Assembly (NCBI GenBank): GCA_963813155.1
Contig: CAWEYG010000002.1
Location: forward strand, 64,001-128,000
Source: an uncultured Acidobacteriota bacterium
Lineage (GTDB): Bacteria > Acidobacteriota > Thermoanaerobaculia > UBA5066 > DATFVB01
Direction: 5' to 3'
DNA length: 64,000 nucleotides
Every line of letters begins with the position of its first letter. The stretch's first letter is position 1. The notes under the pieces were generated by a model. The model did not search any database. It was not told where the DNA came from and saw nothing but the letters and a program-made list of their open reading frames with translations. A program made the position numbers and the translations under genes. Positions 39,271-48,902 of this stretch are shown here, piece by piece.

Positions 39271-41503
39271 CTAGTTCCCTTCCGCTTTTTCGGGATACAG
39301 CTTTTCGAATTCGGGGAGGTCGTGGAGAAGAGCGAGGTCGGGATCGCGGCGAGCCCAGTCTGCGTCTTTGAATCCCGCCTTCCAGGCCTTGGTAAGCGCG
39401 TCCATTGCCTCGCTGTTCCTACCGAGCTTGCAGAAGGTACAGGCGGCGTTGTAGTGCACGGTCGCCTCGTTGGGACGGAGCAACATTGCGAGGTTCGCTT
39501 CGCGAATGGCATCGACTTCGCGCCCCTCCTCCGCGTAGTAGCTCGCAATCAAGATTCGCGCCCGCGCATCTTCCGGATTTTCGCGCACATGGTTCTCGAT
39601 CGCCTGGATCGCCCGCTGGCGAATATTCCGGGCCGTGTCATCCTTGCCGAGCGCGCCGAGAGAATTGATGATCGGGACGTACACGTTGTAGTCCGTGCCG
39701 CTCGACTCGATCGCCTCTTCCGCGATTTTCGCAACCTCCGAGTAGCGTCCCGCCGTGAAGAGCGCCCGGAGCAGAAGGTAATACGCCCCCTCCGCGTCCC
39801 TCTTGCGAGCGATCACCGTGCGCACGATCTCGACCGCGTCGTCGTATTGACCCCGCGCATAGAGGGTCCAGGCCTGTGCCGCCATCACCTCGGGGAGATC
39901 GGGTTGAAGGGCTGCGGCCCGCTCCGACGCGGCCCGCGCCCGATCGATCCACGCGGGCTCGCGGGACAGGCTGTAGTGATACAGGGCGCAGACGTTGGCG
40001 ATCGCGGCATAGGCGAGCGCGAAGTTCGGGTCCTGAGTGACGGCGTTCTCGAACATCTGCAGCGCGAACTCGAGATCCTGACGCGTCAGGCGGCGGGCGT
40101 AGCTTCGGCCTCGAAGGTAGAGGTCGTACGCCTGCAGGTTGTCTGTCGGCTTGGCCGCGAGCGCCTCCCGCTCCTGCCTTGACAGTTTGATCCGCAGCGC
40201 CTCGGCAATCTTACGCGCGATTTCGTCCTGCACCTCGAAGACGTCCTGCATCTCACGGTCGTAGCGCTCGCTCCAGAGGAGCGAATCGGTTCCCGCGTCG
40301 AGGAGCTGCGCGCTGATCCGCAGGCGGTTGCCGCCGCGGCGGATGCTGCCCGCGAGCACGCAGGCGGCCTTCAGCTGCTGGCCGACCTGAGCGGTCGCGA
40401 CCGGCTTGTCCCGGAAGGGCAGCACGGCCTGGCGCGAGAGCACCTTGAGCCCCCCGATTTTCGACAGCTCGGTGATGATGTCCTCCGTGATGCCGTCCCG
40501 AAGGTATTCGTCCTCCTTGGTGCCGCTCAGGTTCTCGAAATAGAGCACGGCGACCGACTTCTCGGGTAATTCTGCGGATCCACTCTTCGAATCCGAGAGC
40601 CCGGCGGCGCTCTTCTGTCCCGAATCGAGCTTGCGCTTCAGACGCATCAGGTCGGTCTTGAGGTCCGTCGCCGTCTGGTAGCGCAGTTGCCGATCCTTCT
40701 CCAGGGCCTTGTCCAGGATCTGCGCGAGCCCGGCAGGCATCGAGGGGTTGACGTCTTCAATCGGCCGGGGGTCGCGATTGAGGATCGCTTCGAACACGAC
40801 GGCGTCCGTATCGCCCTGGAACGGCATCTCCCCCGTCGCCATCTGATAGAGCACGGCGCCGAGCGAAAAGAGATCCGTCCGGGCGTCGGTCAGCTGGCCT
40901 CGCGCCTGCTCCGGCGACATGTAGTGGACGGTGCCCATGACCGTGCCGGCGACCGTCAATGGTCCCGTGCCGGCGGACGTCTCGAGTTTCGAAACCTCCT
41001 CGCCCTTTTCGGTCGGGGCGACTTCGAACTTCGCGAGGCCGAAGTCGAGGATCTTGACCTGTCCGCGGTCGTTGATCATGAGATTTGCGGGCTTGAGATC
41101 CCGATGCGCGATGCCCTTGGAGTGGGCGGACTCCAGCGCGTCGGCGATCTGGATGCCGAGGTCGAGCAGCTCGGGAAGATCGATCGCGCGCTTGCCCGCC
41201 ATCCGCTCCGCGAGCGTCGAGCCTTTGATGAGCTCCATCACGATGAACGGGCGCCCTTCGTGCTGCTCGATCGCGAAGACCGTGCAGATGCCCGGGGTGA
41301 TTCAGGGCCGAGGCGGCGCGCGCCTCCCGCTTGAAGCGCTCCAGCATTCCCCCGTCGTTCTGCGAGTTTGCGGAAAGAACCTTGATCGCGACGTGGCGAC
41401 CCAGCTCGGTGTCTTCGGCGTCGTAGACCATCCCCATGCCGCCGAATCCCAGCTGCCCGACGATTCTGTAGTGCGCGATGGTCTGCCCGACCAGCGATTC
41501 CAT
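39271..41503 (-). CDS. Cytoplasmic Ser/Thr kinase with TolB-N-like and TPR domains, copy 1 (frameshift near 41295)
   Basis: Tandem paralog of 37034..39268; MESLVGQTIAHY start at 41503. Confidence 0.9.
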
Positions 41504-41563
41504 GAGTGTCCTCCGATGCCGCGATGCAGAAGAGCAAGATATCACGGGGCACATTCCGACCGG

Positions 41564-41672
41564 GCGGGTCCCGTCGCGGGACTCGCTCCGCTTTTCCGCT
41601 CGCCGCGAGCCTGAGGACTTTGCTACACCTGCGTCGCGAGCGGCAAAAGGGAGTCTCGCCCCGCGCCACCCG
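41564..41672. repeat. Dispersed repeat, element B copy 1
   Basis: About 110 bp, near-identical to revcomp of 46020-46130 (TTTTCCGCTCGCCGCGAGCCTGAGGACTTTGCTACACC...GCGAGCGGCAAAAGGGAGTCTCGCCCCGCGCCACCCGC). Confidence 0.9.
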
Positions 41673-41917
41673 CCCGGCCCCGCCCCGAGCGAAGATCCGC
41701 GAGGGATTGCGTCGTTCGAGGCGCGACGGCGGCTGTCGCGAGGGAGGGAATCGGCCTTGTCTGAGCTGGAGTTCTTCCACTCGAAGAGAAAGGAGAACTC
41801 CGGGGGCACCGGCATGAGGGGCAAAGCGATATCGCGAGTTGCGATTCCCGAGCGAGCGAGTTGCCGCCGGCACGCCGCGCAGATGTCGACACTCAGGCCG
41901 AAGAACTCCGCCAACCC

Positions 41918-41946
41918 GTAAACCCTCCGCTCGCCCTCCTCGTCTG
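41918..41946 (+). promoter_or_regulatory. Possible ECF sigma promoter
   Basis: GTAAAC-N17-CGTC about 25 nt before ATG 41968. Confidence 0.35.
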
Positions 41947-41967
41947 AACGGGTGGAGGTAAAGAACG

Positions 41968-42297
41968 ATGACCACACTTCAGCGACGATCGCAGGCTGCC
42001 CTCGGAGCTCTTTGTTTCGCGCTGCTTTCCACCACCGCGTTCGGCGGAGAGATCCAGCAGCGCAAGGAGAATCAGCAGCAACGCATCGGCCAGGGCGTCG
42101 AGAGCGGACAGCTCACGGCCGGGGAAACGGCGAACCTGGAGAACAAGGAGACGCGCCTGAACCGCGAAGAGCGCGACATGCGCGAGGACAACGGCGGAAA
42201 GCTCACCGCGAAAGACCGCACCCAGATCAACCGCCAGCAGAACCACCTGTCGCGGAACATCTATCGCGACAAGCACAACGCCCGCACCCGGCACTGA
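41968..42297 (+). CDS. Small secreted helical repeat protein
   Basis: Signal peptide; NQQQRIGQGVESGQLT..GGKLT..IYRDKHN; RBS GGAGG. Confidence 0.75.
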   Translation: MTTLQRRSQAALGALCFALLSTTAFGGEIQQRKENQQQRIGQGVESGQLTAGETANLENKETRLNREERDMREDNGGKLTAKDRTQINRQQNHLSRNIYRDKHNARTRH

Positions 42298-42398
42298 AGC
42301 TCGCGCGCGGGTAGTGTCCGGGATCACGCCGGGACCCTACCCGCGCGCATCCTCGATGCCGCAAACCGCCCCGCGCAAATGATAAAATTCGACGAACG

Positions 42399-42596
42399 AT
42401 GGACCGAAGCAAATATCCTGTTCGGCAGATCTCCCTCCGGGACGAAGGCGGCCCCGCCGCCGAAAACCTGACCACCGAAGAGCGGCTCCGAATGGTCTGG
42501 CAACTCACGCTGCAGGCATGGATGTTCAAGGAGGGGCGATTCGATGAACCGCGACTTCGGCGAGATGTTGTCCGCACTCTCCGCGGAAAACGCTGA
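42399..42596 (+). CDS. Small hypothetical protein, partner of nucleotidyltransferase
   Basis: 65 aa, LTTEERLRMVWQLT...PRLRRDVVR; overlaps next gene. Confidence 0.65.
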   Translation: MDRSKYPVRQISLRDEGGPAAENLTTEERLRMVWQLTLQAWMFKEGRFDEPRLRRDVVRTLRGKR

Positions 42597-43002
42597 GTTC
42601 CTCCTCGTCGGGGCACACGCGCTTTCGGTTTACGGCGTGCCCCGCGCGACCGGAGACATGGACCTCTGGGTGCGGCCGACCGAGCTAAACGCGAGAAGGG
42701 TTCTCCGCGCGCTGGAATCCTTCGGAGCTCCGCTCCGGGACCTGTTGCTCGAGGACCTGACGAAGCCGGACACGGTCTTTCAGATCGGTGTTCCTCCAAA
42801 TCGAATCGATCTGCTCACGGGGCTGACCGGCCTCACTTTCGAATCGTCCTGGGACCGGCGCATAATGGCCCCGCTTGATCAACTCTCCGTTCCCGTTCTG
42901 AGCCGCGCCGATTTCGTCGCGAACAAGAAATCTGTTGGCAGGCCCAAAGATCTCAGCGACCTGGCTCTGCTCGAAGAACTCGACTCGCGAAAGGCGGACT
43001 AA
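42544..43002 (+). CDS. Minimal nucleotidyltransferase (DUF6036-like)
   Basis: LLVGAHA...PRATGDMDLW, NK..GRPKD..D. Confidence 0.8.
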   Translation: MNRDFGEMLSALSAENAEFLLVGAHALSVYGVPRATGDMDLWVRPTELNARRVLRALESFGAPLRDLLLEDLTKPDTVFQIGVPPNRIDLLTGLTGLTFESSWDRRIMAPLDQLSVPVLSRADFVANKKSVGRPKDLSDLALLEELDSRKAD

Positions 43003-43004
43003 CC

Positions 43005-43559
43005 ATGCGACACCTCTTCGCCATTTCCGCGATCCTGTTCCTCGGCCTCCCTGCCGCCTACGCCGGCGACACACAGCAGCCGAAAGGGAACTGGCAGAAA
43101 CCCGGCGAGATCCAGCAGCCGAAAGGCACGTGGCAGGTCCCCGGCGAAATCCAAAAGCCGGGCGACATCCAGAAGGTCAAGGAATCCTGCGCGGAACGCT
43201 ACCGCATCGGCTCGGACGCCCTCTTCGCGTTCGACAAGGCAGACCTGACGCCCGCCGCGGAACAGACGCTCGCGAAGCTCGCCCCCATGATCCAGGGCGC
43301 CGGCAAGCACCCGATCTCCATCGACGGCCACACCGACGCGATCGGCGACCCGAAATACAACCAGACCCTCTCCGAAAAACGCGCCCGCGCCGTCCGTGCC
43401 TGGCTCGCGGACAAAAAGATCGTTGCGCCCGACACACCGACCAAGGGCTACGGAAAATCCAAGCCCGTCGCACCGAACACGAAACCGGACGGCTCCGACA
43501 ACCCGCCTGGCCGAGCGCTCAACCGCCGCGTGGAAATCGTCGTCGACACCTGCCGGTGA
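43005..43559 (+). CDS. OmpA-family peptidoglycan-binding protein
   Basis: LFAFDKADL, GHTDAIG..YNQTLSEKRA, NRRVEI. Confidence 0.9.
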   Translation: MRHLFAISAILFLGLPAAYAGDTQQPKGNWQKPGEIQQPKGTWQVPGEIQKPGDIQKVKESCAERYRIGSDALFAFDKADLTPAAEQTLAKLAPMIQGAGKHPISIDGHTDAIGDPKYNQTLSEKRARAVRAWLADKKIVAPDTPTKGYGKSKPVAPNTKPDGSDNPPGRALNRRVEIVVDTCR

Positions 43560-43771
43560 AAATTCTGGGCTACGCCCTCCTCGCGGCCGTCGTCGGCTAT
43601 GCCGCCGGCGTGGTCCTCGGTTTCGGCCTCGTCGGCGCACTCTCGAACAACCGGCACGACAAATCCATGGAAGCCGGCATGACCGCATTCTTCTTCGCGG
43701 GACCGGCATTCGCGGTTCTCGCGTTCCTCGGCTCGGTCGCCTACCAGCTCGTCGCTCGCCGGGGGCGCTGA
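43556..43771 (+). CDS. Small membrane protein
   Basis: GTG start overlapping the previous stop; two TM helices around NRHDKSMEAGMT. Confidence 0.6.
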   Translation: MKILGYALLAAVVGYAAGVVLGFGLVGALSNNRHDKSMEAGMTAFFFAGPAFAVLAFLGSVAYQLVARRGR

Positions 43772-43867
43772 GCGACGGGACAAACAACTTCTGAGCATCA
43801 ACGCGCTGCATGCACCCAGGAGAACGCTGAGTTCGGGTCGACGCCGGCGGCGCAACCGCTGTACCAT

Positions 43868-44152
43868 GTGGTCGTGGTTGACAATTCTCTCCCGGGAAGC
43901 GACCTCATCAGCGACGGTATCCGCGATCTCGCGCGCGGCGTGACGTCCGTGCCGGCCCTCCTCGTGCTCATCGGCGCGCCCCGCTTGAGGCGACTTGGCT
44001 ACGCAATTCCCACCGCAACCGAGGCCGACCCCGAGAGGAGGCTCTACGAGACTCTCGCCGCCACCGATTCGGATTCCGCCCATGCCCGCTACAACGCCCT
44101 TGTTCGCCGGCTCGTCAGCTTCGAGCGCGCAGCGGAATGCGCCAGCCCGTAG
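43868..44152 (+). CDS. Hypothetical protein (probable antitoxin-like partner)
   Basis: LPGSDLI..GI.DL...GAPRLRRLG...YNALVRRLVSFERA. Confidence 0.65.
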   Translation: MVVVDNSLPGSDLISDGIRDLARGVTSVPALLVLIGAPRLRRLGYAIPTATEADPERRLYETLAATDSDSAHARYNALVRRLVSFERAAECASP

Positions 44153-44160
44153 ACGCCGAA

Positions 44161-44585
44161 CGCGCCCTCCCTCCCAGCCCGAGCTCAACCTCCATGCCTT
44201 CGAATTTCGGAACATTCATCCTGATTTTCCAACCGAGGTTCGGCGGCTTTTTGATAATGGTCACTTTGCTCAGTCGACTCTCGAGGCGTTCAAGTTTGTT
44301 GATGAAGAAATCCAACGAATAACGGGCAGCTCGGAATTTGGGACCTCCCTCATGATGAAGGCGTTCAGCGGTTCGCCCCCCGCAGTTGCATTGAACCCTG
44401 GAATGACCCGATCTGAGAAAGACGAGCAGGAGGGTTACAAGTTTCTTTTCGCAGGCTCGATGCTAGGGATTCGCAATCCAAGAGGTCATAAGACGGCCAT
44501 GGCCGATGACCCTGACTTATGCCTAGATCACTTGGGCCTCGCATCAATGTTGCTCAGGCGTCTTGACGACACTGGGCTTAGATAG
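44161..44585 (+). pseudogene. TIGR02391 (Ymh-like) protein fragment without its own start
   Basis: HFAQSTLEAFKFVD, EQEGYKFLFAGSMLGIRNPRGH, LGLASMLLRRLD; visibly lower GC. Confidence 0.7.
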
Positions 44586-44791
44586 GCGAATAGCAACAGC
44601 CCCAGATGATCCTTGGCTTACTTCCCGCGGACTGTAAGGAACAGCGCCTTCCAACCGGCCCCTCCGTCATCGCCGAGCGGAGTGCGTCTTTGACGGGATG
44701 GAGCCCGGTGCGTCAAAGAAATCGTGAAACTTGCTCCCATCTTTGAGTTTGGCGCTGGAAAGCGTTTGGGTCTTCCGGTCTAATCTTCCCC

Positions 44792-45719
44792 ATGCGAATT
44801 GCGGTGGTTGGTACGGGAGCGGTCGGGGGGTATTTCGGGGGACGGCTGGCTGAGGCGGGTGAAGATGTCGTCTTTCTCGCGCGTGGCGCTCACCTGGACG
44901 CGATCCGGAAGAACGGGTTGACGGTGGAGAGCATCGCGGGAGATTTCAGGATCTCGCCCGCGCAGGCGACCGACGACCCGGCGAAGGTCGGCGCCGCCGA
45001 CGTCGCGATCGTCGCGGTGAAGGCGTGGCAGGTGCCGGAGGCGGCGCGCACGGTGAAGGTCTTTCTGAAACCGGACGGGGTCGCGATTCCGCTGGAAAAC
45101 GGCGTCGAAGCGCCGGATCAGCTGGCCGAGGAGCTCGGGGACAAGCGCGCGCTCGCGGGGCTGTGCAAGATCTGGAGCGCGGTCGGCGCGCCCGGAGTGA
45201 TTCGGCATCTCGGAGTGCCGCCGTCGCTCGCGTTCGGGGAGAGGAACGGGTCGGCGAGCGAGCGGGTCGAAAAGCTCCGCGACTCTGTTCCGAAAGGCAA
45301 AGGGCGTCACGGTCGAAACTCCGGCCGACATCCGGGTCGCGCTGTGGCAGAAGTTCGTGTTCATCGCGGCGTTTTCCGGAGTCGGCGGTGTGACGCGCTC
45401 GCCGGCAGGCCCGATCCGATTGACGCCCGAGACGCGGCGGCTGCTGCGGGAGTGCATGCGGGAGACGCAGGCGGTCGGGCTCGCGCGGGGCGTGCCGCTC
45501 GCGTCGGACACGTTCGAAAAGACGCTGAAGTTTTTCGACACGCTGCCGGAAGACGCGACGTGCTCGATGCAGCGCGACGTGGCCGAGGGGCGGCCGTCGG
45601 AGCTGGAGAACCAGACGGGCGCGATCGTGAGGCTGGGGCGCGAGGTCGGGGTGCCGGTGCCCGTCAACGAGTTTCTGTACGCGGCGCTGCTGCCGCAGGA
45701 AAAGCTCGCGCGTTCCTGA
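44792..45719 (+). CDS. panE: 2-dehydropantoate 2-reductase (frameshift near 45290)
   Basis: GTGAVGGYFG, VAVKAW, LENG, LWQKF, SMQRDV.GRPSELE. Confidence 0.9.
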
Positions 45720-45750
45720 CCAGGGCGAAGAATGGCCGCGTGGCCCGGGT

Positions 45751-45903
45751 CCGCGGGTCTCGGCACTCGTCCGCTGGCACGGCGCGTTCGATCGAGGTGG
45801 AATCACTCCCCCGCGCCTCTAGCGTTCGGCGCGAGATCTCGCCTCGTCCACTGACATCGGAGTTCCTCGTGCGCCTCACTCATGGCCTGCGGACGACCGC
45901 CTG
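45751..45903. repeat. Dispersed repeat, element A copy 2
   Basis: Revcomp homolog of 28460-28607. Confidence 0.9.
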
Positions 45904-45971
45904 CGCCCCGCGTTCCAGCCCCCCGAAAGCCGCTTTCCCGAATCTCGCTCGGGAGTGGGAGCCCAACCTCT

Positions 45972-46180
45972 GAGCGAAGGCCCGAGAGCGGTTGGGGCCA
46001 ACGCGCCGGCGCTACGAGAGCGGGTGGCGCGGGGCGAGACTCCCTTTTGCCGCTCGCAACGCCGGTGTAGCAAAGTCCTCAGGCTCGCGGCGAGCGGAAA
46101 AGAGGAGCGAGTCCCGCGACAGGACCCGCTTGCCGGGCCGGCGCCGGGCTTAGCCGCTCTCGGGCCGAGCGAAGCCCCTA
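45972..46180. repeat. Composite repeat: module C, element B copy 2, module D, with a 13-bp inverted repeat
   Basis: GGCCCGAGAGCGG (45979-45991) and CCGCTCTCGGGCC (46154-46166) enclose element B (46020-46130). Confidence 0.85.
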
Positions 46181-48902
46181 CTCGCTCCCCTTCGCCGCGA
46201 TCCGGTCCGCGAACCCCAGGTCGAGGTACACGGTGCGCGCCGAGCCGCGCCCCTCGGGCGAGCGCGGCGTGAAGATGCGACCGTCCGGCGCCTCCGAATA
46301 CGTGTGGACGATGCCGGCCGTCGAGACGCGATCGATGATCATCTCCGGCTTTCCGGCGGAGAACCCCTTGCGGGTATCGATCGAAACCCGGTAGAGCGCC
46401 GAGCCGGAGCGGAAGAAAAGCTCTTTCTCGTCCCGACTCCAGCGCGGCTCGAAGGCCAGACCGGCGGAGATCTGCCACCTGCCCTCGCCGGACGGAAAGG
46501 GGCGAACGAAGATACTATTCTGTCCTCCCTCGTTCGAGCAGTAAGCGAGCCAGCGGCCGTCCGGCGAGACGACGCCGTCGCGCTTGGCAAAGGTGTCGTG
46601 GAGCAGCAGCTCCGGCTTTCGGTCTCCCGTCACGGGAAGCAGATAGATGTCGGAAATGCCGTTCTCCGAGGTCGCGCGATCGTCCCTGGCGTTGCTGTAA
46701 AGAAGCTTGCGGCCGTCGGGCGTGAAGCCGCTCGGCGCCAACGGCCGGTCGCTTTCCAGCAGGGTTTCCGCATCCCGACTGCCATCCGCCGGCTTCCACG
46801 CGAGCCGCCACCGGCGGTCCTCCTGTCCGCGCACGCGAACCATGTAGGCGACGCGAGCGCCGTCGGGCGTCCAGACGGGATTCGTAATGACGTCGCCGAC
46901 CGTGAGGCGGGTCTGCGTGCCGCGCTCGAGATCCGCGACCCAGAGGTCCGCGACGCCACCCTTGCCTCCCGTCAGCGCGGCATGTTTGCCGTCGGGCGAA
47001 AGGGCCGACTCGTTGTAGGGATCGGGGGAAATCGGGATCGGCGTCTCGACGCCTTTCCGGTCGATCCAGAAAAGCCGGTACTGAGCGCTCGCGCCGCCGG
47101 GCGCCCAGATCGCCGCTCCGCTGGCGCGAGACGGCGAATTGAACGGCGCCGGAGCTGACGTCGGTCGCGATGCCCTGGGCCACGATCTCGGGAGCGCCGC
47201 GCGTCGAGAGCGTGCGCGCGTCGAACGCGATCGCGAAGAGGGACCCGCCGCGCGCGAAGATCAGGCGGCCCCCGGAGCCGTACCGCGCCTGGCTCGATCC
47301 TTCGACGACCACCTTTCGCTCGCCGGTCGAAGGCCGAACCGCTTCGATGCGAGCGTCGTCGTAGTACTCCGTGGAGGCCGCGGTGTCGCACGTGAAGAGC
47401 ACGGCGCTTCCGTCCGGGAGCGCCTGCGGCCAGCGGTGGGTGCGCTCGTCGCGCGCGAGATCGAGCTTCGTGACCGCCGTCACGGGACCGCCGTTCTGCG
47501 AGACCCTCGAGAGCCCGACGGCGACATTCGGCGCGAAGTAGATGAAACCGTCGCGGCTCCAGGTGGCGCCGCGCGCCGCCGTGACGGTGGCGGTCGCCGC
47601 GAGATCGATCGGCGGGCCGCCGCTCGAAGGAATCTTCAAAAGCGTTTGATTCCGGAAAAACCCGATCCACTTTCCGTCCGGCGAAAAGAAGGGGGAAGTT
47701 GCGCCTTCGGTGTCCGCCAGGATGCGCGGCTCGATCTCGTCCATCGAGCGAACGAGCAGGTGCGTCGTCCTCGCGGAATCGACGACGACGGCGGCCTGCA
47801 GGCGGCCGTCTGCGGAGATCGCGAGATTCGGCGACGATTCGCCGACGAGCGAAAAACCATCCGGGATCGCGAGCGCCCATCGCGCGCCGGCGCCGGACGC
47901 AAGCGCGGCCGGGCGGCGCAGGAGCCAGCCCGCCGCGAGCCCGAGGGCGAGGGCAAACGCGGCGGCGCCGATCGCCACGGCTCGGCTGCGGCGACCGGAC
48001 GCGGGAGGCGCGGCGACGGCTGCCGGAGATTGCTGCGGTGTCGCGTGCCCGGCGACTTCGAGCGCGATTCTCGCCTCGCCGATGTCGCGGAGGCGGTTCT
48101 TCGGGTCGCGATCGAGACAGCGCGCCAGCAGAGAACGGACCGATGGCGGAGTCGCGGGAGGCAGAGCGTCAAAAGAGATCTCGTGCCGCAGCACCGCGGC
48201 GAGCGTGTCTGAAACGGTCTCCCCCGCGAACAGCCGCTGCCCGGTCAACATTTCGTAAAGGACGACGCCGAAAGCCCAGATGTCGGCGCGGCGGTCGATC
48301 GCCTTGCCGCGAGCCTGCTCCGGGCTCATGTACGCGGCCGTGCCGAGGATCATTCCCGCCTGCGTGCCGAGGGACATCGTCGGCGAGTGGGAAATATCGG
48401 GAGAGGACGTCGAGGCGAGGGGATCGAGCGCCTTCGCGAGGCCGAAGTCCAGCACCTTGACCTGCCCCTCCGGGTCGATCTTCACGTTCGCGGGCTTCAA
48501 GTCCCGGTGGACGATGCCCTTCTCGTGCGCGACCTCCAGCGCTTCGGCAATCTGTTTCCCGATCGAAAGCGCTTCGTCGACGGGAATCGGCCCGGCTTCG
48601 ATCCGGTCCTGCAGCGTCTGGCCCTCGACGAGCTCGAGGACGAGCGCCTTCACGGACGTCGATTCCTCCATGCCGTAGATCGACGCGATGTGCGGATGAT
48701 TCAGCGACGCGAGCACGCGCGCTTCCCGCTCGAACCGCGCGAGACGCTCCGGGTCGGCGGACAGCGATTCCGGCAGCACCTTGATCGCGACTTCGCGATG
48801 GAGCTTCGTGTCCTTCGCCCGGTACACCTCCCCCATGCCGCCGGCTCCCAACGGAGAGAGGACCTCATAGGGACCGAGTTTCGTCCCGGCCGCGAGCGTC
48901 AT
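46178..48902 (-). CDS. Receptor-type Ser/Thr kinase with TM helix and PD40/TolB-like beta-propeller (frameshift near 47125)
   Basis: GAGGMGEVY, HRDLKPAN, DFG, YMSPEQ; TM helix; SPDG repeats; C-terminus in ORF 46178..46843. Confidence 0.9.

Noticed and set aside
37034-41503. Kinase duplicates as a diversity-generating retroelement TR/VR pair
   Set aside because: No reverse transcriptase in the window; the differences are not adenine-specific and span whole genes.
41690-41915. Possible small ORF or riboswitch (hairpin GGAGTTCT...AGAACTCC)
   Set aside because: No recognisable motif or convincing start; cannot be supported without a covariance search.
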